Numbered from the stretch's first letter, positions 13,637 to 44,447 are shown. The stretch is DNA of 64,000 nt from the human T2T-CHM13v2.0 reference genome, Homo sapiens (GCF_009914755.1 NC_060948.1), one strand, 5' to 3'. The notes: generated from the sequence alone by a model not told the origin. Numbers and translations are program-made.

Positions 13637-16600
13637 CCCACTCCCACTTGAAGATTTCGTTCCAGTAGGAGAGTCAAAGCACCACAGGTCTGCTGAGTCA
13701 TGCTTCAAATGTCACCAAACCACCTGTGGATCAGATTCATGTATGAGAGTAAGAAAAATTTCTACTGCTTATGTGTGTGAGATTTAATATCTGATTTGTA
13801 GGCTTTGTTCATGTGTGAGAATGACAACTGTGTCAGCTGGGTGGGTGTCCAAGACTCCCAATAGCACCTGGTCACTGGTGCCTGTTATGACATCCTTTGT
13901 ACCACTCAGACTTTATGTGATATGACAGAGTAGCGTACTTTTCTATGAATTCTTACATATGTGAGATTGAGGAATTTAACCATGGTAGTCAGACTGTCTA
14001 AGGGAATCAAAATAAATCCCCTGGCTGGGTCCAGGCATGAGAGTTATTATTGTGCATATGAGCTGAATCCAGGTCTATGTCACAGTTTCACCTTTGGACA
14101 GAGGCAAGAGAAGAGTCACATCACCTGGGTCCTGAATCAGGGAAACAGTATAATCTCCTTGTAGGCAGGACCCAGTCATAAGAGTCATATCAGGTGGGTA
14201 CAGTCTCAAATAATATGTCAATATGCCCACCGTATACAGGATTGAATAAATAGTGGACAGTCACATCCCCTAGGTGCTGGGCTCAATAGCATGTTACATT
14301 TCCCTCTTTTGGCAGAGTCCATAACAAAGAGGAGAGTCATATCACCTAGGTTTTGCACTCAGTGTTCTGCAACAGCTTCTTCAATGGGAAGGATCCAGTC
14401 AGGAGGGTAGAGTCATATTACATAGATGCTATATCTAGCAATATGTCAAAATGTTCCCTGTGGACAAGACATTGGCAGGAGAGACATATTCCTTAGCTGA
14501 AAGACACAGAGATGTTTGATAACATCCACTGTTTGCAGGGCTCAGGAGAAGAATTACATTATGATGATTCTGTCCCAGTGATATGTAACAAGGCATTCAT
14601 GAAAAGGAATTTGACGCAAAAAGTATCAAAACCTGGGCACTAGGCCTAGTGATACGACACAATATCTTCATCTTTGAGGGTAACACCTGTAAATTTTGGC
14701 TGACCATGTATATTAGTGTCACAATCTCATGTGTATGCTGGGCCAATATATTACACTCTGTAAAATACCCGTGGGGTTTATGAAACCTGCGTGAGAATTG
14801 CAAACCTCTCTGAGGCCTACATGCTCATAGGGACTCACAGTCATACATATTATCCTAAACCTAGGTTTGGTAGTCAACATCTCTCCCGCAGACAGGGTTA
14901 AGGGGGAAGACCTATGATTAAGCCTGTGAGCTGGGTCCAGAAATGAATCACCATTTTCCCTGTGGCCAGATCCACATATAAAAGTCACAGTTCACACTTT
15001 GCGCTGTATTCCCTTGTTAGACTCAAGATCTCAACAGTGGGCACTGTAAATGTGGAATGGTGACAACTTTTATTTTCAACTGGTTGTGTAAGCGAGAGTC
15101 ATAATCTGAACTTTTTGCTGGGCCCTGTTATGCAACTCTCTACCAACAAAGAGTTTATACAATGCAAGTTATTGTTGAAAGATTCTATGAGCTTGGTACA
15201 AATATGCAACCCAGGATTTAACCTATTGCACTAAGCCTAATGATGAAAGGCAAAATATCTTTTATTGGGTGAATCCCAATATAAAGTTCGTCATAATGCC
15301 TGTGAAGTGGACCTAAGTATATGTCATACATGAGAGCCAAAGCACCTACCTAATGGGCACAAGAGACATCAAAATATTTGACTCCAGCACAGGCAGGGAG
15401 TCAAATTTTAAAAATACTGGGTTCAACAATGTGCAATATGCCATAATTTTCTTTTTATGCAGAACCCAGGCAGAAGAGTAATATCACCTGGGTGCTGGAC
15501 CCTGCAATAGGTCAAAATTCCTTTCTGTGGGCATCATTCGGGAAAAAGAGGAGAGTCACATATCCTGAGTGCTCTGCCCAACAATGAGTCAATATCCTTA
15601 TTTTGAAGGCCCAGGCAGAAAAAAAGAGTCACATCACTTCAGTCTTGGTCTCAGACATGTGTCCCAATAGCCCCTCTAGGCATGGCACAGGCAGATTAGG
15701 AGAGTCATATCACCTAGGTGCTTCCCTAGGAATACGTCACAGCATAACATAAGGACGCACACCGGGCAGAAGAACCACATAATTTGGGTGCTGTGTCCTG
15801 AGATATGTCATGAGGCTCTCTTAGGACGTCAGCTAGGCAAGAGGCTTACGTCACCTCAGAGTAGGTTCTCTGCTTATGCCACAATGCTTCATAGGGGTAG
15901 GGCCCAAGGAGCAAGTCGCTTCACCTAGGTAATAGGCCTAGAGATATGTGACAATGTCCTCTATGAAGTATGGCCCAGGCAAAAGAGTAACATCACCTGT
16001 GTGCTTGGCCTAGAAATATATCAGTCTCCAGATTGGCAGGGCCCAAGTGGGAGAGCAGCATAACCTAGATGATAGGCTCAGAGATATGTCACAATGCCCT
16101 TTTTGGGCATGGCGCTGGCAAAAGGCACCTATGCCTTTGTGCCTGGCCTTGCAATATGTCGCTATTCTTTCTCTGTGCAGAGAACATTCCAGAGAAGAGA
16201 CTTACATCATCTGTCAGGTGGACACAGGCATATGTCACAATAATTGTGGTGGCCATGGTGCAGGCAACAATGTAACATCACCCGGAGGCAAGATCCAGTG
16301 ATATACTACAATCCTTACTTAGAGAATGGCCCAGGCAGAAGAGTCACATCACCTTGAGATTGGGGCCTAGGTAGATATCAGAATCCCATATACATGCTGG
16401 AACAAGCCTGGAGAGGCAAACTACACAGGTGCATGGCAAAGATTGATATCACAATCACACTGTCCAACTATTCCAAATATGAGATTTACAATACCCCACA
16501 CATCCTTTTTCGAGTGTGACAGTTGGCTTCATCCACGTGAGATGATAACAGTCCTACTGTCAGCTGGATGTGCACACAAGACTCACAATTTTACCTGCAT

Positions 16601-18506
16601 TCCGAGACCTGCTTTGACTCCTTCTGTATAACCCAAGGACTTTGTAAAGTATGTGTGAATGTTGTAATCTTTTGTGACCTTTGTGCAAGAAGGTGATTCA
16701 GGACACCATGTATTTCCCTAAACCTAGTCATAAGAGTCAAAATATCCTCTATTGGCTGAATCCACATATAAGAGTCATTGTCATTCCTGATAGGCATGCC
16801 TAGGTATATCTTAAAATTCCCTCTGTGGTTATGAAGCAGGCAGAAGAGCAATGTCACCTAAAGGCTGGGCAAAAAACATTCCAATATTCTCTTTGTAGGC
16901 AAGGTCTTTTCAGAAATGTCTCAAAACTTGTGTGCTAGATTTATCTCTGTGGCACAATGTATTTGTGGGCAGTGACCAGGCAGTAGAGGAGAGAGATACT
17001 ACCTAAAACCTGTGCCCAGAAATATGTCACAATGCCTCCTGTTGACAGGATCCGGAAAAGACCGTCATCTCATTTAGATGCAGTGTTTACAAATGCTACA
17101 ATTACTAAAGGAAGCTGGGTACAGGCCAAACAAGAGAGTCATGTAACCTAGATGATGAGTCCAGAAATATGTGACATTCCCTCTGAGGAGACTGTTAAGA
17201 TAGCACAGTCAAATCACCAAGGTGGCTGGCACAGATATTTGTCAAAATCTCATTTTGGGGCTATACCTAGGCAAAATTATTAAATCACTCAGGAGCTGGG
17301 CAAAAGTATATGTCACAGTTAAACTTGTGGAAAGGTTTAGGAATAAGACTTATCATACTGCACATATTCTGGCTCCAGATAGATGAGTTGATATTAGGCT
17401 TTTGTTATGACCTCAGTTATAGAGCACAATATCACCTGTGGCCAGAGAGAAGGAAAGAAAGTTACATCACTTATGTGGGTGGGGGTCCAGTGAGATGTCA
17501 CAGTCCCCCTTGCAGGCAGGATCCTGGCAGAAGTGTTACATCACCTGGATGCTCACATCAGTGACATTAGAAAACTCCCTATGTGGGCAGGACTTTGGCA
17601 GAAGAGGATGCTCATTTCACCTGGGCAATTGTCCTGGATGTTTATCACAATGGCCCTCACGTGCAGTACCCAAGCTGGAGAGTGACCTCACATTGGTGCT
17701 GGGCCCAGCGATATGTCACAATCTCCCTTTGGTCAGGGCCCAGGCAAAAGCAAAGAAACATTACCTAGCTGGTAAAACAAGTAATATGTCACATAAATCC
17801 TGTTGACAGAACCGTAATAGAAGAATCACTTCACCTGCGTGCAGTACCCGTTATGTGTCACAATGCACTGTAAATGCAGGGACAAAGGAGTAGAAGGGAG
17901 TCACATCAATTACATAATGGACCTACATATAAGACACAATTCTCTTGGTAGGCAGTTTTCAGGCAGATAATTCGCATCATCTGGGTAATGGTCCCAGTGA
18001 TATGTAATAGTGCCCTTCATAGAAAGAGCCAAGGGATGTGTTACATATTGCTCAGATGCTTGTTCGACATATGGCACAATTTCTTCTGTGATCTGGGTGT
18101 ATAAAAGAGATCCAAATTATTCATGTGCTGTGCAAAGTTACCTGTCCCAATCACACTCTCAAAAAGGTTTGAAAATAAGTTTCACGTCTCACCAAAGTCC
18201 TGGTTTCCTGTATGTGAGTAAACACTATCTATGTGCCGGGTCAAAGCAGAGGAGTCACAATCTCAACAATCAGCCAGATTCATATATGACAGCCCATTCT
18301 CACTTGCAGATTGTGTTTCAGTTGGTGAGTCACATCACCGCAGTGTGCTGAATCATGGTTCATATGTTACCAAACCACCTGTGAATCAGATTCCTTTATG
18401 AGAGTAATTATTTCAGCTTTTGAGTGCTTCTTTATGTGTGAGATTCAAGGGCTACATTAGTAGGCCCTGTGCATGTGTGAGAATGACAATTGTGCATGTG
18501 TGAGAA

Positions 18507-19027
18507 TGACACAGATATTTTGCTTTGCCAGTCCAGCTGAGGCTCCCAGGCCACTCAGACTCTGAGGAGAGTCCTGTGAAGAATGACAAACTTGGCACTA
18601 AGCAGCTTGCAATCCAGGCATTTCTTCAATATAGAATTAACAACAGAAGCTTTGAGTAAACACAATTGTGGATAATTAACATGGTTAAGAAAGTAGTTCT
18701 ACAAATGATTAAGGTCAGGTACCATGGTCTAAAATAAATACTATTAGGGGGCAACTTTCCTGGTCGAGCTCCCCACTGAGAGAGCTATCTGGTTCAAAGA
18801 CTGGTTAATGGAGGTAAAATAAACAGACTTAACTGGGGAAGCCTATATTGTCCCTCATTTTACCCTATGACCTAATATTCTCAAGTAAGAACTGGCCACC
18901 TTAAGCCTGTCCAATTATTACAAGCTATGTAACTTTTCAGCCTTCCAAAGCTTTGTGACTCTTCCTTATTACGTTCCCCAGTATTTCCTTTTAATATTTC
19001 TGCCACAAACCTGAGTGAATCACAACA
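18507..19027 (-). mobile_element. Solitary, U5-truncated LTR22 (HERV-K HML-5 LTR)
   Basis: Aligns by eye along its length with the LTRs at 45935-46516 and 58288-58838 (CACAGATATT..GCTTTGCCAGTCCAGCTGAGG ... CCTGAGTGAATCACAACA). About 60 bp of the U5 end is missing. Confidence 0.85.
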
Positions 19028-20135
19028 TACTGGCTCTGTCCAGGTATGAGAGTTATTATTGTGCAGGATTGCTTAACCCAGGCATTTGTCACAATTCCAC
19101 CTATGAGCAGGAAGAAGCCAGAAGAGTCACATCACCTGGATGCTTAGCCAATTACACAGTATAATCACATTTGTAGGCTGGGCATAGTCTGAAGTCACAT
19201 CAGCTGGATACAGACTGAAATAGTATGTCATTAATCCGGAGATTGACAGAAAAAGAGAAGAGTCACTCAACCTAGGTGCTGCACTCTGCAATATGTAATA
19301 ATCCCCTCTCTTAACAAGGAATATGAAGGAGAGTCATATTCCCTAGGTTTTGTAATCAGCAGTATGTTACAATTTACTTGGTGAGCAGAACCCAGACAGG
19401 AGAGGTAGGTAGTATGACCTAGATGTTAAGCCAAATGATATTTTACAATGTCCTCTGGGGGCAGGGCACAGGCAGAAGAGACAAATCACCAAGATTATAG
19501 GTCCAGAGATATGTGATACTATCCTCTTTTGGCAGGGTCCAAGCAAAAGAGTCACATTTTTATGAATTCTAACCCAGCGATATGTCACAATGAACCCATG
19601 GGAAGAAATTTAAGCCAAAATGTCTCAACACCTTGGTACTCTGCCTAGCAATATGCCAAATCTCTTTGTCTTTGAGGGTGACACCATTAACTGTGAGCTG
19701 GTTGTGTATCTGATAGTCACAATCTCACATGTTTCCTGGGCCACTGTATGACCCTCTACAACATTTGAAGGCCTTAAACAGCATGCATGAGCATTGCAAA
19801 CCACTCTGAGGCCTACATGCTTCTATGGACTCACAATATTAGATATTTTCCTAAACCAAGGTATGACAGTCCACATCTGTCTTATATGCTGGCTTCAGGA
19901 ATGAGACCATTATTATGCCTGTGAGCTGGCTCCAGAAATGAGTCACCATCCCACCTGTGGCCAGATTCACTTACGAAAATTACAATTCCAATTTTGTACT
20001 GTATTCACTTGTTAGACTGAGGACCTCAACAATGAGTTTTGTAAATATAGCATGGTCACAACTTTTACTTTCACCTCAATGTGTAGTTGAGAGTCACAAT
20101 CTTAATATTTTGATGAGCCCTGTTATGAAACTCCC

Positions 20136-35280
<15,145 letters not shown>

Positions 35281-38200
35281 ATGTAGGATATGAGTTAATG
35301 TTGTAAAATTCTGTGATCTTTGAACAAATATGAAATGAAGGTCCTTAACTATTGACCTAAACCTAGGGGTAAAAGGTAAAATGTCCCCTATTGGCTTAAT
35401 CCCACAATAAGCTTGATCATCATGCCTTGGAGCTGAAGCAAAGTGTATGTCATAATCCCATTTGTGGGCAAAAAACTAGGCAGAAGGTTAACACCATTTA
35501 GGTGTTGTGCCAAGCAATATATCATAGTGCCCTCCCTAGGCAGAGCCTAAGAAATGGGGTCACATTAACCGGGGGCTGGAACCCACAATGTGACACAAAA
35601 ATACGTGGAAGAAACCCAGCAAACTGGTTAGTGCCAAAGTACCTACAGAATGAGCAAAAGACATGTCAAAATACCTTCTGTGGCCCTGGCATGGACAGAA
35701 GAGTCATATTCTTAGGGTCCTGGGTCAAGCAATATGCCACAATTCCCTCTTTATCCATGAGCTAGGCAGAAGAGTAATATTATCTGGGTGTTGGGTCCTG
35801 ATATACAGCAAAAGCCCTGTTCATGGGCACTCTTTAGCAAGAACATGAGAGTCACACAACCTAAGTACGGGGCTTCTCAATACATCACAATTCTCCCACT
35901 GTAAAACTACAGACAGAAGAAGTGAGTCAAATTACTTAGGTCATGGGCTCAATGATATGACCCAAAGTCATTTGTAGGCAGGGCTCAGGCAAAAAAAGTG
36001 AGTCGTATCACCTAGGTGCTTCTTTAGGTATAGGTCACAATTTAGTATGTGGGAAGAAGCCAGGCTGAAGAATCACATCACCTGGTCCTGGGTCCTGAGA
36101 TATTCACAAATCCCCCTTAGAAAAGGACCTAGGCAAGAGAGTTACATCACCTAGGAACAGGTTCCACCCTTATGTTACAATGCTCCATGTGGGCAGCCTA
36201 TGAAGGAATTCACATCACCTAGGTGATAGGCCCAGATATATGTCACATAACCTTCCTGAAACCATGGTCTTGGCAAAAGAGTACAATCACCTTTGTCACC
36301 TGGTCTAGCAATATGTCACTATTCCAGTGGGCAGTTTTCAAGCAGGAGAGCCATATCACCTATACAATAGGCCCTGTAACATGTCATAATCTTATCTTTT
36401 GTGCATGGCCCTGGCAAAGAAAAGTATCATTACCTGTGTGCCTGGCTTATGAATATGTCACTCTCCTGCCCTGTGTGCAGGGCCCGTTTCAGAGAGGAAA
36501 GTTATATCACCTCAGTGATGGACAACATAATATGTCACAAGGATGTGTGTGGGCATGGGGCAAGCATGAATGTAACGTCACCTAAGTACTGGATCCAATG
36601 ATGTCACAATTCTTCCTGAGAGCAGGCCAGGCAGAAGAATCACAAGACTTCAATGTTGGCCCAGGTAGATATCAAAATTCCATGTGTAGGCTGGAACCAG
36701 TCCAAAGAGTGAAATCAAAAAAGCGCATGGAAGAGTTTTAGATCACAGTCATGATAAAATAAATTTCTAGGGATTAGACTTATAATGCCACATGTGTCTT
36801 GTTTTCATGTAGAACAGTAGCTTTTATACATCTGTGATTGTGAAAATCCTTCCAGTCAGCTGGGTGTCCAAACGAGACTCACGATTTCCTCTTTATCCTA
36901 GGCCCTGCTATGACACTCTCTATACTACTTACAGGTGTTATAAGAAGGTGTGAGTGTTGTAATCTTCTGTGACATTGTTAACAGTAGGAGATGCTTCATG
37001 TCACTCATGTCTCTAAACCTAGTTGTAAGAGTCAAAATTTCTCCTATTGGCTGTGTCCACATATGAGAGTCATTATCATGCCTGTTAGCTGTGCCTAGGT
37101 ATATGTCACCATGCCCTCTGTGGTTACTAAATAGGCAGGACACTACATCACCTAAATCCTAAGCCAGAAATATTCCAATATTCTCTTTGTATGCAAGGCC
37201 CTAACGGAGAAGTAACAGAACTTAGGTGTTATGCCAAGCTCTATGCTGTAATGTTACTTGTGAAGAGTGTCCGGGCAGGAGAGGAGAGTCATATCACCTA
37301 GATGATGGGTGCAGAGATATATCATAATGCCTTCTGTTGTAATGGCCCAGGAAAAAGGGTCATATCATTTGGATGCGTGCTTAGAAATGCCACACTCTTT
37401 GCTTTAATCAGCGTGCAGTCAGGAGAGGAAAGTCGCATAACCTAGATCATAGGTCCAGAGATATGTTATGATCCCTTCGGAGAACACTGTTAAGACAAAA
37501 GTCAAATCCCCAAGGTTTTGGCCCAATTGTATGTAAAAATGTCACATCTGGACTCTAAATAGGCAGGATTATTAAGTGACTCAAGAGCTGGGCAAAAATA
37601 AACGTCAGAATAACACCTGTGAAAAGGTTCAGTGTTGAGAGTCACAATCCTGCACGTGACCTGGTTCCTGGTACAAGAGTCATTATTAGACCTTTTATTT
37701 GTTCTCAAGTATATGGCACATTACCACTTGTGGGGAAGGAGAAGAAAGTAAGGAAAGTCACATCATTTAAGTGTGTGCACGTCCAGTGAAATTTCACAAT
37801 TCTCCTTGTGGGTGGGACTCTTGGAGAAGAGTCAATCACCTGGATGCTGGCTTCAGTGACATATCTAAATCCTCTCTGTTGGCAAGGCTTAGGCAAGAGA
37901 GGAGACAAACTGCACATGGGCAATTGGCCTTGATATATGTCACAATGGCCATTGTGTGCAGGATCAAGACAGGAGAGTGAACTCACCTTGGTGCTGGGCT
38001 AAGCAATATGTCAAAGTCTCTCTGGTGGTCAGGGTCAAGGCAAGAGAGGAGAAACAGCACCTAGGGGCTGAGCCAAGTGATTTGTTACATAGCTTTCTAT
38101 TGGCAGAACTCCCCTCAAAAACTCTCACATCACCTGAATGCAGTGTGTCACAATACAGCATAATTGCAGGGCCAAGGCAGTAGAAGGAACTCACATTATT

Positions 38201-41200
38201 TACATGATGGATCTGGATAAAATCCATAATGCTCTTTGTAGGCAGGGTTTAGGCCAACATTTCACACCAGCTGGTTGCTGGTACCAGTAACATGTAAAAG
38301 GGCCCCTAGTTGCATTGACAAAAAGTTGTTATACATTGCTTAGGTGCTGGTGCATGTATGTCACAATTTCTAGGCTTGGCCTAGAAAGGAGAGTCAAAAT
38401 ACTCAGATGCTGGACAAAGTCAAACTTCACAATCACACACTTGAAAATGTTCAGAAATAAATTTTACAGGCCCACACAACTTCTGGCTTCGGGTATGAGA
38501 GTCAACACCTCCTACGAGTTGGGTCGAAGTAAAGAAGTCATAATCTCAACAATGGGCAAGATACATGTGTAACAGCCCCAATCACATTGAAGGTTGTGTT
38601 CCAGTAGGACAGTCAAAGCACCACTGGTCTGGAGAATCATGGGTAAATTTCACCACAGCATCTGTGGATCAGATTCATATATGACGGTAACAAATTCCAG
38701 CTTCAACTGCTTATGTGTGTGAGATTTTTTAACTCATTCATAGGCTCTGTTCATGTGTGAAAATGACAACTGTGACAATTCGATGTGTGTAACACCTGGT
38801 TGCTGGTGCCTGTTATGACACACTTTGTACCACACAGACCTTAAATGATACACCTGAGTAGGATACATTTGTCTGAATTTTTACAGACATCTAATTTTAC
38901 AGAGATCTGAGACTTTACTCATGGCCATAAACTGGCTCTGAGATTCACAATATCTCCCTTGGATGGGTCATGCATGAGTTATTATTGTGCATATCAGCTG
39001 AATCCAGGTATATGTTAGAATTTCATCTTTGGACATAGACAAGATAGAAAAGTCACATCATCTGTGTCCTTAGCCAGAAATACATTATATCTTCTTTTTA
39101 GGCAGGATCCAGTCAGAAGGCTCATATCTCCTGGGTACAGTCTCAAATAATATATCATCTTGACCATTGTATACAGGGTTGAAAAAATAGAGGGTAGTCA
39201 CATTCCCTAGGTGCTGGGCTCTGCAATATGTTATAATTCCCTCTTATAGCAGATTCCAGCACAAAGAGGAGAGTCACACCACCTAGGTTTTGCACTCAGT
39301 GGTATGTCACAATTTCCTAGGTAGGTGAGATCCAGGCAGGAGAGGAGAGCACATTACCTAGATACTATATCCAGCAAAATGTCGGTGTCCCCTGTGAGAG
39401 AACACTGTGAGAGGAGAGACATATCACCTAGCTGATAGGCCCAGAGATATGTTACAATATCCCCTGTTGGCTGGATCCGTGAAGAAGAGTCACCTTTTTA
39501 TGATTCTAACCCAGCAATATTTCACAATACACCCATGGGAAAGAATCTAAGCCAAGACTCTCAACACCGGGGTGCTGGGCTTTGTCATATGACACTATCA
39601 ATTTATCCTTTAGGTGACACATTTAACTGTTAGTTTGTTATGTATGTAAGAGTCACAATCTCAAGTGTGTTCTCAGTCATCTTATGAGACACTCTACAAC
39701 ATCTGAAGGCTTTATGCAAAATACCTTAGTGTTACAAACCACTCTGAAGCCTACATGCTCGTTTGACCCAAAACATACATATTGATGTAAACCCTGTTAT
39801 GATAATCAACAGTTCTCTTATAGGCTGGGTTCAGACAGAAAACCCATTATGGTGCCTATAATCTGGGTCCAGAAATGAGTCACCATCTCATCTGTAGCAA
39901 GATCCACATATGAGAGTCACAATTCCATCGTTGTACTTTATTTACTTCTTAGAGTCAGAACTTCAACAGTGGGCTTTATAAATATGAGATGCTAAAAACT
40001 TTTTCTCTCACCTGCATTTGTAATCAAGGGTCACAATTTTAATCTTTTGCTGAGCTCTATTATAAAACTCTGTGTACCACCCAAGTTTATAGACTATGAG
40101 TTAGTGTTGTAAATTTCTGTGAGCTTTGTGCAAATATGCATCTCATAACTGTAACTATTGCCCTAAGCACAGCTATGAGAGGGAAAAGTCTACTATTGGT
40201 GGAATGCCAATTATGTTTGATCATGATGCCACTGAGTTGAAGCAATGTAAGTATCATAATCTCATTTGTAGAAAAAAAAACTTAGTGGAAAAGTAGCACA
40301 ACTTACATGCTGTGGCAAGCAATATGTCACAATACCCTCTCTAGGCAGGGTCTAGAAATGAGGGTTACATTAACTGGGTGCTGGAGTGCTGGACCCAGCA
40401 ATATGACACAATCTCAAATGTGGAAAAACAAGCCCAAACAAATAAGGACAGCAAAAACACCTACAGGATGGGCCCAAGATATATAAAAATACTTTCAGTT
40501 GCTCTGGTACAAGCAGGAGAGTTATATCTTCAGGGTGATGGGCCCAGCAATGTGCCATAATTATCTCTTTCTGCAGGACTCAGGCAGAAAAGGTACATCA
40601 TCTGGGTGCTGTACCCTGCAATACAGCAAAATTTATTTTATTGGCATGATTTGGAAAAAGAACAGTCATTTAATCTAAGTATTGGGCTTAGCAATATGTC
40701 ACAGCATCCCACGGTAAGGGCTCAGGCAGAAGAAAACAGACACATCACTTAGAACACAGGCTCAGATATATGACCCAATGTCTCAAGTAGGCAGGGCTGA
40801 GGCAGAAGAGAAGAGTCATATCACCTAGGTGCTTCCCTAGGTTTATAACACAATCTAACATATCAGGAGAAGTCAGGCAAAAGAGTCACTTCACCTTTAT
40901 GCTGGTTCCTGAGATATGTCACAATGCTCCCTTAGGACAGGACATGGGTGAGAGAGTTACAACAAATAGTTACAGTTTTCACACTTATGTCACAATGCTC
41001 CATGTGGCAGGACTCAAGCAGCAAGTTATATCACCTAGAGGATAGGCCAAGAGATTTGTCACAATACCCTTTTTAGGATAAGGTCCCAGCAAAGGAGTTC
41101 CATCATCTGTGACCCTAGTGCAGCCATATGTGAGTATACCATACTCTGTGCACAGCCCAATCTAATGAGGAGAGTTGCATCACCTACAGGGCTGACACAG

Positions 41201-41771
41201 TGATATGTCACAATAATTTCTGTGGGCATAGCTTAGGCAAAAATATAACATGACCTGTGTGCTGGAGGTAGTGATTTTTCGTGATTTTTACTGGGAGTAG
41301 GTCCCAGATGGGAGAGTCACATCACCTCAAGGTTGGCCCAGGTAGATACCACAATAACATATGTGGGCTGAAACCCTTCCAGAGAGTCAAATCATATGGG
41401 TGATTCACAAAATATTAAATCACAAGCACACTGGCGGAAAACTCCCAGGGTAAGATTTACAATACCACACATTAGTTGTTTTTATGAGTGACAGTTGGCT
41501 TCATATATTTAAGATGGTGACATTCCTTACTGTCAGATCAGTGTGCATATGAGACTCAGAATTATGCCTTTCTGCTGCATTCCATCATAACAATTTCTGT
41601 ACAAGCTGAGGACATTATAAAATACTTGAGGCTGCTATAGTCTTCTTTGAACTTTTTTATTACCAGAAAGAGATTTAATCATTCATGTTTCAAAAGCAAT
41701 TTATGGAAGTTGAAAATACTTCTATGTGTGAGGCCCACATATGACAGTCATTACCATGTCTGTGAGATGTT
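35281..41771 (+). repeat. Higher-order unit U4 (type II, truncated)
   Basis: 35370-40180 is colinear with 20240-24930, and 40180-41770 with 24930-27000 (lacking the Alu). Confidence 0.7.
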
Positions 41772-44380
41772 TGTAAATTGAACATTGAAATAAAAGCCCA
41801 ACAAGGTACTCTTAAGGCACTAATCTGTTCCTTACCAACATTTGTAAAGAATTATAAAATAATTTATAAAAATTATCTTTTCCATTTCTAAGTCATCATT
41901 TTTGTTAAATAAGTAATTTAGGAAAATCTGGAATTTTATTTCAGGATTTTTAAACCTCTAAGTTGTAACATCCTTCTCAAAACCACACTGTAGTTACAAA
42001 ATTATCTTTCTTTATTTCTAGCTTTTGGATGCTACAGAGGGCCCATAGAGTATCAACAAGAGAGATAAACAGGATTATATGGCATGATTAGTTACACGGA
42101 ATTGCCAAATGGTGTTCAATATTTTTAGGTGATATTTTGGTGACTAATACTAATACATGTTCTAAAATTATATGGGATTTCTAAAATTCTAATGTCTGAA
42201 GTATATGCTATCATCCACAATTAAGGTTGTTAGGTTAATTTATTGCAAACCATATAGATAACGAAAATTTTTGTCATATTTCTGACTGTAACTACCTTGC
42301 ACACTTTGTAATACACAGATAATTATTCCTTTTTTGATTTTTTTATGAAGTGCTTTTTAATCAGCTATAGATCTTTAATAGGTGCTCTCAATTGCAGGCT
42401 TCCGATAACTTTGGAGCTTGTGACATTGAAATACAGGAAAAACTTACAGGACTCTCAAAGAGCTAAAATATGTATGAATATCAAACAAAAGAAGAGTTGA
42501 CTGAATGGACCGGACTAATAGAAAATTGAAGTAGCCCTTCTGACTTTTGTTTGAGACATTACTCATTCTTGTATTATTTACCAGAGTCAAGGAAACATCT
42601 TGAGATACTTACAGCCTTTAATATGTGAGCAAGGTGTACTCATGTGTGCACAATTTGGATCACGTTTGCCTTTCTCGGCAGGACTTCTCCTGAATTCGAA
42701 AAATAGTTGTGAGTGTTCTTAACTTGTGGCAATATAGGTGTTTGTATCAGTGCAATAACAGTCCAATTTCTCTTCCAACAGAACACAACTGGAGAAACTG
42801 GTTGTTTGAACAAGGCCTTGACTAAAAAATAAGCTTCCCTTTAAGGAGTCAAGATCAACTTGCAGAACCAAGAAAATCCCAGTGGAAAAATTGGCTTTAT
42901 ACCTCATCTAAACAGTCCTTTAGCAGGGTTCCTGATCTGTGGTAACTAAATAATGACACTTTCTGACAGGCCCAGGAGCTCCAAGTTTATCTTGGGACCA
43001 TAAGAGCAGAGAATCACCCAACTAAAAATTATCTGATTGTACAAACCCGTGGCTGGGCTTGACTTTAGAAAGTCCCATCTGAAATTTCTTGTGGAACAGA
43101 GTTCCATCAAAGCCAATGTAAAAGACCTATCTAGAAATAATTATTCTTGCTGCATTTTATGCAAATAATCAGGCCCAGTATCAGAATAAAGTTTATTTTA
43201 CAAACAACTCAGTCCTATCATGATTTATTTTTTAATAGAAGAGGACTGGATAAAGTTTATGTTTCACAACTTATTATATATTTGTCATTAAATTCTAAAC
43301 TCACAAGTTTTGCATTGTTGCCTACTTTTTAGAACAATCTTGCTTATTTCTGTGACCCCACTAATGATCTTCAACTGCAGCCCACAATAAACAAAAATGA
43401 ATTGGTACACATGAAAATCTGGATTAACATTATAATTCTGGACAATTATCCTGCAAATTCTGCAGAGTGATGGGAATATATAGGGTGCCCACCTAAATTT
43501 TATGAAGCACAACTATAGCCACTAGTTTCCTCAGTATGTCACAGTCATTCTTTTCTCACCCTTGTAGAAGAAGAACTCAATTCCACAGCTTCATCTTAGC
43601 ATTCAGCTCATGATAAAGAGTCCATGCAATGCCCTGAGACACATTTTTGCCCCAGCCTCAATTCTAAGCTTCTGTTTGACACCATAGAAAAAAGTAAAAA
43701 ATTTGAGAAATCCAGAGGCAGGTGATAATGGAGGTAAAAAAGCACAATGCTGGTGAGCATAACTAATTCCCAGGGATTAAGCCAAGCCCCCGATTTCATG
43801 GATAAAGATTATGCTACTATCCATGCCATAAATGAGGTCCAGTGAACTCCAGAGCTACTGACAGCAGGGAAGAAAGGGTACACATGTGTAAGAGCAGATA
43901 TATCCACCCCCTTAGGCCTCCCTGTTAACATTGGTGAAAGCTGCCTCGACACCCATGGGAGGCACCCTGTTACAATCAGTGGGACTTGGGGATACAAGGA
44001 TTGAAGTGGGAAAAAGAATATTCTTTCTCCTATAGCTCAACACACCCTGGGTAATTGCTAGGAAGAGAAAGGAGCCAGGGACTCCTGCTCCTCTATCTCT
44101 TTCAAGATAAGTAACCATTCATTTTTAGTCTAGACCCATTTTGAATGCATCCTGAACCCTTGGAACTCCTTTGAAAAAATGCTAACTTTTCATTTTTTCT
44201 CCTCCGTTTGCTGTTTAGAGATAGGTAATCACATCTCCATGTTTTGGGACATTCCTCTTCAATGCATCCTCCAAGTTTGGAAGAGTTAATTTCCCAAACA
44301 TTAAACTGGACAGCTTAGGATTGGACCCAGGAGAAAAGAACCCAGAAGTCTCATATGCCGTCAAAAGGGTAAAAGTTTTT

Positions 44381-44447
<67 letters not shown>

